Assembly: GCF_902713615.1 (NCBI RefSeq)
Contig: NC_052175.1
Location: forward strand, 9,713,271 to 9,777,270
Direction: 5' to 3'
DNA from: Scyliorhinus canicula
Taxonomy: Eukaryota
Length of the DNA: 64,000 bases
The position numbers and the translations under genes are program-made. This document shows, piece after piece, positions 46,500 to 59,089 of this stretch; within the stretch, counting starts at the first letter, position 1; each line of letters starts with the position of its first letter. The notes under the pieces were generated by a model. The model was not told the DNA's origin. It saw nothing but the letters and a program-made list of their open reading frames with translations, and searched no databases.

Positions 46500-49400
46500 T
46501 TTGCACTGAAGTGCTGAACTTGGTGCATTTAAGTGCAACAGTAAAAGGTTGGTGACTGAGGGAGTTCGGCGAGGAAGGAGCAACGTGCTCCTTTCATTTT
46601 ATTTCCGCAAAGTGCAAGAAGGGAGAAAAGAGTTTAGAGTGCAGCTGACTGGAAGTAGAGTCGGAGGGCGGAGGTCCAGTTGGTCTACAGGGCAGCTATA
46701 CTCTTTAAAAACAGAGGGGATGGAGGTTAGGGAAGTTGCATGCTCCTCCTGTAGGATGTGGGTTGCGAGGGATACCACCGGTGTCCCTGCTGACTATACC
46801 TGCGGGAAGTCCAGCCAACGCCAGCTCCTCAGAGACCGTGTAAGGGAACTGGAGCTGGAGCTGGATGAACTTCGGATCATCTGGGCGGCAGAGGGGGTGA
46901 TCGATAAGAGGTATAGGGAGGTAGCCACACCCAAGGTACTGGACAAGAGTAGTTGGTTTACAGTCAGGGGAGAGAAAACTAACAGGCAGACAGTGCAGGG
47001 ATCCCTCGTGGCCGGTTCCCTTCAAAGCAAGTATACTGTTTTGGATGCTGTTGTGGGGGTGCGGCGGGGGCGGGGGGATGACCTACCGGGGGAAGGCCGT
47101 AGCGGCCAGGTCTCTGCCGCTGACTCTGGCTCTGGTGCTCAGAAGGGAGAGGGGATAATAGAAAAACAATCGTAATAGGATAATCAATGGTTATGGGCCT
47201 AGATAGGAAAGTATGTGGTCGTGAGCGAAACTCCCGGAAGGTATGTTGTCCCCCAGGTGCCAGGGCCAGATATGTATCGGATCATGTCTTCAGTATTCTG
47301 AAGTGTGAGAGTGAGCAGCCTGAAGTGGTGCACATTGGTAGCGTAGGAAAAGGGATGTGGAGGCAATAAACAAATTTAGGGAGTTAGGCTGGAAGGTAAA
47401 GGACAGGACAGACAGAGATGTCACCTCTGGTCTGTTACCGGTGACACGTGATAGCGAGGCTAGGAACAGAAAGATAGTAGTTGAACACGTGGCTGCAGGA
47501 ATCGTGTAGGAGGGAGGGCTTCTGTGGAAGGTGGGACTTGTAAAGCAGTACGGTTTGCATCTGAACCAGAGGGGCACCAATATCCTGGGAGGGAGATTTT
47601 CTAGTCGTCTTCGGGACGGTTTAAACTAATGTTGCCGGGGGAAGGGAAACGGATTTGTCGTCTTGGGGCCTCACGGTAGCATGGTGGTTAGCATCAATGC
47701 TTCACAGCTCCAGGGTCCCAGGTTCGATTCCCGGCTGGGTCACTGTCTGTGTGGAGTCTGCACGTCCTCCCTGTGTGTGCGTGGGTTTCCTCCGGGTGCT
47801 CCGGTTTCCTCCCACAGTCCAAAGATGTGCGGGTTAGGTGGATTGGCCATGCTAAATTGCCCGTAGTGTAAGGTTAATGGGGGGATTGTTGGGTTACGGG
47901 TATACGGGTTACGTGGGTTTAAGTAGGGTGATCATTGCTCGGCACAACATCGAGGGCCGAAGGGCCTGTTCTGTGCTGTACTGTTCTATGTTCTATGTAA
48001 CTAAGGAAGCCGATATAAGTGGAAAGTCTTTGGATCAAATAGATTGGATGGGGTAGTGTTTGTGCAGTGTGACCAGGAAGCGTTTCTAACAGTATGTAGA
48101 TTGTCCGACTAGAGGGGATGCCATATTGGATTTGTTCCTCGGTAAAGAACCAGGGCAAGTGATAGATTTGTTAGTGGGGGAGCACTTTGGAGGTAGTAAC
48201 CACATTTCTGTGACTTTCACTTTAGTAATGGAGAGAGATAGGTGCGTGCAACAGTGCAAGGTTTACAATTGGCGGAATGGTAATTACAAAGCTGTCAGAC
48301 AAGAATTGAAGTGCATGAGTTGGGAACATAGGCTGTCAGGGAAGGACATAAGTGAAATGTAGAACTTGTTCAAGGAACGGCTAATGCGTGCCTTTGATAT
48401 GTATGTCCCTGTCAGGCAGGAAAGAGATGGTCGAGTGAGGGGACCATGGTTGACAAGAGAGGTTGAATGTATTGTTCACAGGAAGAAGGAAGCTTATGTA
48501 AGACTGAGGAAACAAGGTTCAGACATGGCGCTGAATGGATACAATATAGCCAGGAGGGACGTGAAGAAAGGGATTAGGAGAGCTAAGAGAGGGCGTGAAA
48601 AATCTTTGGTGACAAGGATCAAATAAAACCCCAAGGCCTTTTACACATATGTGAGAAATATGAGAATGACTAGAGCGAGGGTGGGTCCGATCAAGGACAG
48701 CAGCGGGAGAGTGTGTAGAGTCTAAAGAGATAGGAGAGGTCTTGAACGATTACTTTTCTTCTGTATTTACAAACGAGAGGGTGCATGTGGTTGAGGAGAC
48801 TACGTTGAAGAGACAAGTAAGCTAGAGGAGATACTTGTTAGGAAGGAAGATGTGTTGGGCGTCTTGAAAAACTTGAGGATATACAAGAATCGCCGGCCTG
48901 ACGGGATATATCCAAGAATTCTATGGGAAGCCAGAAAAGAAATTGCAGAGCCTTTGGCAATGATAATTTCGTCCTCACTGTCAACAGGGGTGCTACCAGG
49001 GGGCTGGAGAGTGGCGAATGCCGTGCCCCTGTTCAAAAATGGAATAGGGATAACCCTGGGAATTACAGGCCAGTTAGTCTTACTTCGTTGTAAGGCAAAG
49101 TAATGGAAAGGGTACTGAAGGATAGGATTTCTGACCATCTGGAAAGACACTGCTTGATTAGGGATAGTCAGCTCGGATTTGTGAGGGGTAGGTCTTGCCC
49201 TACGAGTCTTATTGTCTTCTTTGAGGAGGTGACCAAGCATGTGGATGAAGGTAAAGCAGTCGATGTAGTGTATGTGGATTTTAGTAAGGCATTTGATAAA
49301 GGTCCCCATTGTCGGCTTATGCTGAAATTAAGGAAGCATGGGCTAGTGGGGAATTTGGCCAGTTGGATAACGAACTGGCTAACCGTTGGAAGTCAGAGAG

Positions 49401-50345
49401 TGGTGGTGGATGGGAAATATTCAGCCGGGAGCCCAGTTACCAGTGGCGTACCGCAGGGATCAGTTCTGGGTCATCCGCTGTTTGCGATTTTCATTAATGA
49501 CTTGCATGAGGGAGCTGAAGTGTGGGTCAGTAAATTTGCAGATGATACGAAGATTGGAGGAGTTGTGGATAGCGAGGAGGGCTGTTGTCGGCTGCAAAGA
49601 GGCAGAGATTGGATGCAGAGCTGGGCTGAGAAGCGGCAGATGGAGTTTAACCATGACAAGTGTGAGGTTGTATAAATATCAATGCGGAATACAGTGTTAA
49701 CGGTAGTGTAATATAGAGGCAATTTAGAGGAGCAGAGCGACCTTGGGGTCCATGTTCATAGATCTTTGAAAGTTGCCGATCAAGTGGATAGAGCTGTGAA
49801 GAAGGCCTATGGTGTGCTCGCGTTCATTAGCAGAGGGATTGAACTTAAGAGCCGTGAGGTGATGATGCAGCTGTATAAAACCTTGGTAAGGACATATTTG
49901 AGTACTGTGTGCAGTTCTGGTCATCTCATTTTAGGAAGGATGTGGAAGCTTTGGAAAAGGTGCAAAGAAGATTTATCAGGATGTTGCCTTGAATGGAGAG
50001 TATGTCTTACGAGGAAGGGTTGAGGGTGCTAGGCCTTAGAACGGAGCAGGATGAGGGGCGACTTGATAGGGGTTTATAAGATGATCAGGGGAATATATAG
50101 AGTACATAATCAGAGTCTTTTCCCCGGGTGGAACAAACCATTACAAGGGGACAAAAATGTAAGATGAATGGAGGAAGTTATAGGGGAGATGTCAGAGGTA
50201 GGTTCTTTACCCAGAGTGTAGTGGGGGCATGGAATGTACTGTCTGTGGAAGTAGTTGAGTCTGAAACGTTAGTGACCTTCAAGCGGCTATTGGATAGGTA
50301 CATGGATTATGGCATAATAATGGAGTGCAGATTAATGTGTTCTTA
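46500..50345 (+). mobile_element. Old CR1 (ORF1 Zn-finger and esterase, partial ORF2) interrupted by a SINE
   Basis: ACSSCRMWV...YTCGK, CCPPGAR...VVHIG, then RT motifs YVDFSKAFDK, GVPQGSVLG and KFADDTKIGG, and a 3' end near 50340. Confidence 0.9.
47665..47998 (+). mobile_element. Young HE1-like V-SINE
   Basis: Intact head with ggttcgattccc B-box, V-core and (TTCTATG)n tail. Confidence 0.95.
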
Positions 50346-50346
50346 A

Positions 50347-50640
50347 GGGCAGCACGGTAGCATTGTGGATAGCACAATTGCTTCACAGCTCCATGGTCCC
50401 AGGTTCCATTTCGGCTTGGGTCACTGTCTGTGTGGAGTCTGCACATCCTCCCCGTGTGTATGAGGGTTTCCTCCGGGTGCTCTGGTTTTCTCCCACAGTC
50501 CAAAGATGTGCAGGTTGGGTCGATTGGCCATGATAAATTGCCCTTAGTGTCCACCATTCCATGATCTTTGATTAACCTAAGCCAAAAGTTTGGCACAACA
50601 TTGTGGGCCGAAGGGCCTGTTCTGTGCTGTATTTATCTAT
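50347..50640 (+). mobile_element. HE1-like V-SINE
   Basis: gggcagcacggtagc head, V-core and tail. Confidence 0.9.
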
Positions 50641-50672
50641 AACACGTATTTCTCTATAACGAAGCGCTCTCC

Positions 50673-51241
50673 TGTCAGGTGGATGTGCCGTTAAGAAATG
50701 GGTGTTTATCAAATAGTTACAGTGATGTCAATATTTGGGTGGAGCTGGGATGTCTGTCTGTCTTTAATTTTAGTTTTTGAGCTGGGACCTGCAATGTGTT
50801 TTTGGTTTCGTTTCAGAGGTGGAACACTTCATTCATAGCAAGCAGCTGTATAATAATCTCAGTCTCCAGAAGGTAAGGAATAGCTCCAGTTCATTAACAA
50901 TTTCTAAGTAATACCTGTTTCTGTAGTGCATTTAAACCTGCTGTCTTTATATTAAAAAGCATTTAACTGATCGATGTTGTTTGGGAAGTTATTAAGGGTT
51001 ACCTATCGTGTATTGTATTTGGGAACATGTCAGTGATTGTAGTTGATAATCTGGTTACTGTGTGTTTATACCATGTTAACTGGATTAATAGAATAAACAT
51101 TGCTTTGTTTCAAAAATTCTTTAACTCTCTATTTCACCAAACGTGGGCCCTTGTGACCCCACACAAAAAATATATTTAAAGTTGTGGGTCAGATGAACTC
51201 CATGATGTGCTTTGGGGTTCTCTAAACCCTGTCCCATAATA
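50673..51241 (+). repeat. 5' LTR of the Gypsy element
   Basis: Starts tgtcaggtggatgtgccgttaag (18/23 match to 53505-53527), has AATAAA at ~51093 and ends just before the PBS. Confidence 0.7.
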
Positions 51242-51245
51242 ATAC

Positions 51246-51263
51246 CGGGGGCTCGTCCGTGAT
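51246..51263 (+). promoter_or_regulatory. Primer-binding site, tRNA-Pro type
   Basis: CGGGGGCTCGTCCGTGAT, a 16/18 match to the Pro PBS TGGGGGCTCGTCCGGGAT. Confidence 0.8.
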
Positions 51264-51279
51264 ACAAGTCTCTCTATTT

Positions 51280-51632
51280 TTGATCTTTAAGTCATCTTTG
51301 TCTACCGAAATAGTGCCAGAAGACTGGAGGATAGCAAATGCTGTCCCCTTGTTCAAGAAGGGGAGTAGAGAAAACTCGGGTACCTATAGACCAGTGAGTC
51401 TGACTTCTGTTGTGGAAAAAGACTTTGAAAGGTTCATAAGAGATAGGATGTATAATCATCTGGAAAGGAATAATTTGATTAGAGATAGTCAACATGGTTT
51501 TGTGAAGGGAAGGTCGTGCCTCACAAACCTCATTGAGGTCTTCGAGAAGGTGACCAAACAGGTGGATGAGGGTAAAGCAGTTGATGTGGTGTATATGGAT
51601 TTCAGTAAAGCATTTAATAAGGTTCACCATTG
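51280..51632 (+). mobile_element. CR1 RT fragment inside the Gypsy element
   Basis: PEDWRIANAVPLFKKG...YRPVSLTS...YMDFSKAFNKV. Confidence 0.85.
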
Positions 51633-53527
51633 CAGCTTTGACAAAGAGTCATCGGACTCGAAACGTTAGCTCTTTTCTCTCCCGACAGATGCTGCCAGAC
51701 TTGCTGAAATTGTCCAGCATATTCCCTTTCGAAACAGATTCCAACATCCGCAGTAATTTGCTTTTATCATGATGTAAGAGGACCGCTTAAATTGATTGAG
51801 GAAAATTTGGTGTGAGCAGTCAGAACTTGCTTTATTGGATTTCGTGTCAAATTTTAGGGAACAATTAAATAGAGCTGGGGAATTGGCTGGACAACATTTA
51901 ATAGTTGCACAAAATGTGATGAAACAGTAGCCAAAGAAAGCAAAAGTTCGTAGTTTTGCCTGTGGAGTTAAAGTTTTAGTGTTGTAACCAATGGTTGATG
52001 AACCTTTAAAAGTAATGTTTTGTGGACCTTATCAGACTGGCAGAAGGTCAAGTGAGGTGAATAACGTGGTAAGAACGCCAGATAGAAGGAAAACTAACTG
52101 AGTGTGTCATGTGAACATGCCGAAAAGGTATTTTGAAAGGGAAGGAGAGCAAAAGGATTAGATTCTATTTATTTTAACTCAAAGTAAAGAACCAAATCCA
52201 GATGACTGTGAATTTGACATTCCTCAAATTCAATTGGAAACCGGGGACGTTCTTTAAAAAATGGATATATTGTTGAGTTCCTTCCAGAGGAAAAACGAAC
52301 TGACCTGAAAGTGTTATTGATATCGTATGGGGAAGTTCTCGAAAGTTGGGAAGGACGAAAATGGCTGTACATAATGTCGATGTGGGAAATGCTCTTCCAA
52401 ATAAACAGCATTCATATAGACTTAACCCTTTAAAATTGGCACAGGTTAACAGAGAGATTAAGAGTATACTTAAATATGGCATAATTGAAGTGTGTTGCAG
52501 CCAACCAAACTAACTCTTAGTGATGGTACCGAATCCAGACGGTACCCAACGTTTGTGTGCGGACTTTAGAAAGGTTAATGCAGTTACAAGAACGGACTCT
52601 TATCCCATCCCACGTTTGTTGGATTGCATTGAGAAGGTGGGACAACCAGCTTTTATTTCCAAACGGGATTTACTTAAATGTCACTGACCTTTATCCGAAA
52701 GGGCGAAGGAGATTTCAGCTTTTGTGACTCCAGATGGTACAGACCAATTCAAAGTTATGCCATTTGGCATGAAAAACGCCCCAGTCCCATTTTAACGGTT
52801 AACTAAAACAATTGTTACAGGATTACCCAATTGTGCGCTGTCCATCGACGATCTGGTAGTTTTCAGTCAGCCATGGAAAGAACATTTAAAGCATCAGGTG
52901 GAGATATTCGATTGACTTCAGGAGGCATGTTTGCTGGTAAACCTAGCCAAAAGTGAATTTGGTAAAGTCCAAGACACTTTCCTTGGCCACTAAATCGAAC
53001 AGTATGGCATTGTCCCACGGGTTGCGAAAACAAAATGTATTGGCGAGTTTACAGTGCCTTCGACACAAAGGGAAAAAATGCGATTTCTTGGCATGAGTGG
53101 ATTTTACCCGAAATTTGTGCCGAACTTTAGCAGCGTGGCTGCTCGATTGACGGACTTGCTGAAGAAACGCTGCAGATTTTACTGGGCAGCGAAGTGTCAA
53201 CAGCCATTTGGCTGACATAAGGCTCTGATCGGATTGAACGAAAGTATCTGACTTTAAAGAAAAATGCCGGGGAGTAGAGAAATGGATGGATCGTACAGGT
53301 TTCTCTTGTTCAAAGAGAATGTAAATCAAGAGCGATTCATTTTGGCTGATATAGGACTAAATTGGATTATGTCCTTATAAATGTTTGCATGTTTTGTTTT
53401 ATTTAAAAAGTATAATCAGTCAATATTTCTTGACGGAAAGTGAAAAGGTGAAAAATAAAACCATCTTGAAGTTGATGGTTTATTTATTTTTTCTTGGGTG
53501 GAGTTGTCAAGTGCATGTACCTTTCAG

Positions 53528-56500
53528 CCTCCACATCCTTCTGGCAGTGTGGCGACCTGAATTGAACACTATATTCCAAATGTGGCCTAACTAAGGGTTG
53601 ATACAGCTGCAACATCACTTGCCAAGTTTTATACTCAATGTCCCGGCCAATGAAGACAAGCATGCCGTTTGCCTTCTTGACTAACTTTTCAACCTCCGTT
53701 GCCCCTTTCAGTGACCAGTGGAACTGTACACCTAGATCTCTCTTACTTTCAATGCTCTTGAGGGTTCTACCATTCACTATATATTCCCTACCGGCATTAG
53801 ACATTACAAAATGCTTTACCTCACAATTGTACGGATTAATCTCCATCTGCCATCTCGAAGCCCAAGTCTCCAAACGAACTAAACCCTGCTGTGTCCTCGG
53901 ACAGTCATCACTATCCGTAATTCCACCAAACTTTGTGTCGTCTGCAAACTTACTAATCAGACCAGTTACATTTTCCTCCAAATCATTTATATGTACTACG
54001 AACAGCAAAGGTCCCAGATCTGATCCCTGCGGAACACCAATTGTCACAGCCTTCCAATTAGAAAACACCCTTCCATTGTTACTCTGTGCCTTCTTTGAAC
54101 TAGACAGTTTTGTATCCACCTTGTCAGCTCACCTCTGATCCCGTTTGACTTCAAGTTTTGTACCAGTCAACGTTGAGGCACCTTGTCAAAGGCCTTACTG
54201 AAGTCCATATAGACAACATCGACTGCCTTACCTGCATGAATGATATTTGAGACCTTTTCGAAGAGTTATATCAAGCTAGTGAGACACAACATCACCTTCA
54301 CAAAACCATGGTGCCTCTCACTAGTATGTCCAGTTGCTTCCAAATGGGAGTAGATCCTGTCTTCAAGAATTCTCTCTGGCAATTCCCCTACCACTGACGT
54401 AAGGCTTACCGGTCTGTAGTTCCCTGGATTATCCTTCTTAAACAAAGGAACAATATTGGCTATTCTCCAGTCGTCTGGGAAATCACCGGAAGAGAGTGAG
54501 GATCAAAAGACTTTTGTCAAGGCCTAAGCAGTTTTCTGTCAAGCCTCCTTCAGTATTCAGGGGTAAATCCCATCAGGCTCTGGGGCCGTATCTACCTTAA
54601 TATTTTGCAAGACGCCCAACACCTCGTCTTTTTGGATGTCAATGTGACGCAGGCTATCTACACACCGTTCTGCAGACTCAACATCCACCAATTCCTTCTC
54701 TTTGGTGAATACTGATGCAAAGTATTCATTTAGTACCTCGCCCATTTCCCCTGGCTCCAAACATAGATCCCCTGGCCAGTCTTTCAGTGGGATAACACTT
54801 CCCCTGGCTACCCTCTTGCTTTTTATGTACGTGCAAAAAGCATTGGGATTTGACTTAACCCTTTTTGGCAATGACTTTTCGTGATCCCTTCTCGCCCTCC
54901 TGACTCCTTGCTTAAGTTCCTTCCTACTTTCCTTATATTCCACACGGGCTTGGCCTGTTCCCGGCCTTCTAGCCCTGACAAATTACTCCTTTTTCTTTTT
55001 GACGAGGCCTAAATATCTCTCGTTATCCAAAGTTCCTGAAATTTAACGTATTTATCCTTCTTCCTCACAGGAACATGCCGGTCCTAAATTCCTTTCAAGT
55101 AACACTTGAAAGCCTCCTACATGTCGGATGTTGATTTACACTGAAACGTCCGCCCTCAACCTAGGTTCTTCAGTTCTCGCCTAATATTTTTACAATTTGC
55201 CTTCCCCCAATTTAGCACATTCACCATAGGTGAAGTCCTTGTCCACCAGCACTTTACAACTTACGGAATTGTGGACACTGTTCCCGAAATGCCTCCCTAC
55301 TCAAACTTCTAATATCTGGCAGGGCTCATTCCCCAATACTAGGTCCAGTACAGCCCCTTCCCTAGTTGGACTGTCTACATATTGTTTTAAGAAGCCCTCC
55401 TGGATGTTCCTTATAAACTATGCCTCGTCTGAGCCCGAAGCACTGTGATTCCCAGTCAATATTGGGGAAGTTGAAGTCTCCCATCAGAACAACCCTGTTG
55501 TTTTTACTGTTTTCCAAAATCTGTCTACCTGTCTGCTCCTCTATATCCCGCTGGCTGTTGATAAGCCTGTAGTAAACCCCCAACATTGTGACTGCACGCT
55601 TCCTATTCCTGATGTCGAGCCATATAACCTCACTGCCCTCTGAGGTGTCCTCCCGTAGTGCAGCTGTGATAGTTTCCCTAACCAGAAGCTGAACTCCGCC
55701 ACCCCTTTTCCAGCCCCCTCTATCCCGCCTGAAACGTCTAAATCCTGGAACATTTAGCTCCCAATCCTGTCCGTCCCTCACACAGATCTCTGTAATGGCA
55801 ACAACATCAAAGTTCCAAGTACTAGTCCAAAGCTCTACGTTCATCTGCCTCCCCGTAATACTTAATGCATGAAAAGATACGCACTTCAGGCCACCAGACC
55901 CGCTGTGCTCAGCAACATCTCCCTGTCTGCTCTACCTCAGACCCATATTGGCCATATTCCCTAGATCTCACTCAATGCTTCCACCTTCGGAACTATTGCT
56001 CCGGTGCCCGCCCCCTGCCATACTAGATTAAACTCACCCGTGTGACTCTAGCAAAACTCGTGGACAGGATTTTTACGCCTCTCCAGTTGAGATGCAACCC
56101 ATTCTTCTTGTGCAGGTCACACCTGCCCCGAAGGAGCTCCCAGTGGTCCAGATAACGGAAAAATTCCTTCCTATACCAGCTGCTGAGCCACGTGTTTAGC
56201 TACTCTATCTTCCTATTTCTAGCCTCACTGGCACGTGTCACAGGGAGTAATCCCGAGATTACGCCCCTAGATGCCCTGTCTTTTTAAATTTCTGCCTAGC
56301 TACCTGAACTCCTGCTGCAGGACCCCATACTACTCCCTGCGTATGTCGTTTGTACCAATATGTATCTCGACCTCTGACTGTTTTCCCTCCCCCTTCAGGA
56401 TGCCCGCTACTCGTTCATAGACATCCTGGACCCTGGCACCAGGGAGGCAACATACCATCCTGGAGTTCCTTCCACGTCCACAGAAACGCCTATCTGTGTC

Positions 56501-57420
56501 CCTGACTATAGAGTCCATGATGACTATTGCTCTTCTGCGCTTTGACCCTCCCTTCTGAACATCAGAGCCAGCCGTGGTGCCACTGCTCTGGCTGCTGCTA
56601 TTTTCCCTGATAGACTAACCAACAGAAAGTATACAAAGGGGTATATCTGTTCGAGAGGGGGACAACCACAGGGGATTCCTGCACTGACTGATTGTCCTTT
56701 CTCTGCCTGAACCTTGGGTGTGGCCACATTTATATAACTGCTATCTATGACACTTTCCGCCACCTGCAAGCTCCTAAGTGCATCCAACTGCTGCTCCAAC
56801 TGAACCATGCAGTCTGTGAGGAGCTCATGTCGGGTGCAGTTTCTGCAGCTGAAGCCATCCGGAACCCTGGAAGCCTCCCGGACCTGCTACATCTCACAGT
56901 CAGGGCACTGCACCCCACTAATTGACACTACGTCAATTAATTAGCAAATTAAACTTAAACTTTTTTTTTAATGTTACTGTTGACTCTATGTTTCCTCGCA
57001 CTAGATTTCTACTATAAATGTGAAAGCTAAATACAACACACTCCGATCTCTGGCTTAGACCCTCCTCTAAATTATAATTAAGTAATACTTACACTAATTA
57101 TGTCCAATTAGTTTAACAATGCTTAATTTTTAAATTTAGCTTCCTAACCAGCCAATCACGTCACAACTTTGTTCAGCGCACATCAGCCCCCCCCCCCACC
57201 CCGTTCCCCGCCACGCACTCTGAAAAGGTAATACAAATAAATAAAAATAACTTATATCTCCAATTTACCAGATGTTCCCTGGTTCTCTCGCAGCAGATTA
57301 AAAATTACAGGCCAGAGGAAAGGGAGAGAATAAAGCAGCAGGGAAAGAGCACCTTCTCCCACGCTGCACCAAATTACCAAGTTCCAAATTCCCACTCTGG
57401 ATGTGTCTCACTCCGTCTGT
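53528..57420 (-). mobile_element. Old near full-length CR1
   Basis: RT (GVPQGSDLGP, KFADDTK) at 53530-54600, APE (VAITE, GDFN) at 55362-55844, esterase (CCLPGARV, HIGTND) at 56330-56518. Its 5' end at ~57370-57420 is homologous to the monomer start (ggagtgagac...gaacttggtaatttggtgcag). Confidence 0.9.
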
Positions 57421-57427
57421 GTGTCAA

Positions 57428-57690
57428 TCACTTGCGCAAAGCTGTCACTCGGTGTGATCCATTGATTATTTTAATAATAGATTTAAGTGGATACATCAAT
57501 GCAATCTGGATCTGCTCCCTGAACCTGGACAGAGTTTCCACATAAATTAACGTGCTCCTGCTGCAATTTATATTCACCAGTATTTTTCCAACTTCCTGTA
57601 AATTATATTGAGGAATGGTGAGGTAAATTAAGCTTCCCAAATCAATATAGAAAAATGTAACATCAAAAACCGTCCACAGGAATGGTAGCA
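57428..57690 (-). pseudogene. GPR139/142-like GPCR remnant (TM6-TM7 and C-terminus)
   Basis: FLWTVFDVTFFYI...YNLQEVGKILVNINCSRSTLIYVETLSRFREQIQIALMYPLKSIIK aligns by eye to copy 1 (LWVVFMV...REIGFMLQLLSCCTNTFIYAVTQKKFRHELKNGVKYPL). It is cut off upstream by CR1. Confidence 0.7.
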
Positions 57691-59085
57691 ATGATAATCC
57701 AGGGAACAACTGGTCGCTGAGCCTTATGTCACTGGTAGGGAAATTACTGGAGTTTTCTTCAAGGCAGGATCTACACTCATTCGGAAGCAAATGGAAGTTT
57801 TAGCGAGAGGCAGCACGGTTTTGTGAAGGGGAGGTCGTGTCTCACTATCCAAATCGTGTTTTTCGAAGAGGTCACAAAGATGACTGATGCTGGCAGGGCA
57901 GTGCATGTTGTCTGTATAGACTTCAGTAAGGCATTTGACAAGGTCATTCGTGGCATACTGGTACAAAAGGTGAAGACACACGGGATCAGGGGTGAGCTGG
58001 CAAGATGGAAACAGAACTGGCTGTGTCACAGAAGGAGAGAGTAGCAGTGGAAGGGTGCTTTTCTGATAGGAGGGCTGTGATCAGAGTTGTTCCGCAGGGG
58101 TCAGTGCTGGGACCTTTGCTGTTCGTAGTATATATAAATGATGTGGAGGAAAATGGGATTGGTCTGATGAGTAAGTTTGCAGCCGACCCAAAGTTTGATG
58201 GAATTGCGGATAGCGATTAGGACTATCAGAGGACACAGCGGGATTTAAATGGTTTGGAGACTTGGGCGGAGGGATGGCAGATGGAGTTTAATCCGTACAA
58301 ATGTGAGGTAATGCATGTTGGAAGGTCTACTGCAGGTAGGGACTATACAGTGAATGGTAGAACGCTCAAGTGTTGATAGTCAGAGAGATCTAGATGTACA
58401 GGTCCACAGGTCACTGAAAGGTGCAACACAGGTGGAGAAGGTAGTCAAGAAGGCATACGGCATGGTTGCCTTCTTTGGACGCGGCATTGAGTATAAAAAT
58501 TGGCATGTCATGTTGCCGCTGTATAGAAAATTAGTTAGGGCTCACTTGGACTATAGTGTTCAATTCTGGTCGCCACACTACCAGAAGGAGGCTTTAGAGA
58601 GGAGTAAGAAGAGATTTACCAGGATGTTGCCTGGCACAGAGTGCATTAGCTATGAGAGGTGGAGGAAACACGTTTTGTTCTCACTGGAACGACGGAGGTT
58701 GTTGGGCGAACTGATAGAGGTCTACAAAATTATGAGGAGTATAGACATCGTGGATAGTCAGGGTTTTTTTTCCCAGGGTAGAGTGGTCAATTACTACGGG
58801 GGATAGGCTTAAGGTGCGAGGTGCAAGGATTAGAGGAGACGTACGAGACAAGTTGTTTACATAGAGGGTTGTGGGTGCTTGGAACTCGCTGCCGGAGGAG
58901 GTGGTGGACGCAGGGACGATAGTGACTTTTAAGTGACATATTGACAAATACATCAATGGGATGGGAATAGAGGGATACTGACCCCAGACGTGCAGAAGAT
59001 TTTATTTCGTCGGACACCCTGGTCGGCACAGGCTTGGAGGGCCGAAATGCGTGTTCCTATGTTGTACTTTTCTTTGTTCTTTGTT
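57691..59085 (+). mobile_element. CR1 RT and 3' fragment
   Basis: DFSKAFDKV, VPQGSVLGP and KFAAD motifs, with a tail ttctttgttctttg. Confidence 0.85.
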
Positions 59086-59089
59086 GTAA

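Larger units (their letters stand above)
50673..53527 (+). mobile_element. Internally deleted Gmr1-type Ty3/Gypsy element (integrase upstream of RT)
   Basis: Order is LTR 50673-51241, PBS, integrase C-terminal region (LKVMFCGPY...CHVNM) at ~51880-52130, RT (RLCADFRKVN, YPIPR, MPFGMKNAP, SIDDL) at ~52330-52900, RNase H-proximal region to ~53220, PPT-like gggtggag, then the start of the 3' LTR at 53505. Confidence 0.8.

Noticed and set aside
45408-46555. His/Thr-rich and Val/Cys-rich ORFs
   Set aside because: Translations of (CA)n low-complexity sequence.
47665-47740. tRNA gene (also at the other SINE heads)
   Set aside because: tRNA-derived SINE heads continuing into the V-domain and LINE-like tail; no independent cloverleaf or terminator.
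45350-57400. Exon 1 of the second GPCR
   Set aside because: I searched by eye for a YxPxLAxxGVP plus GT donor pattern and found none; it is probably deleted or displaced.
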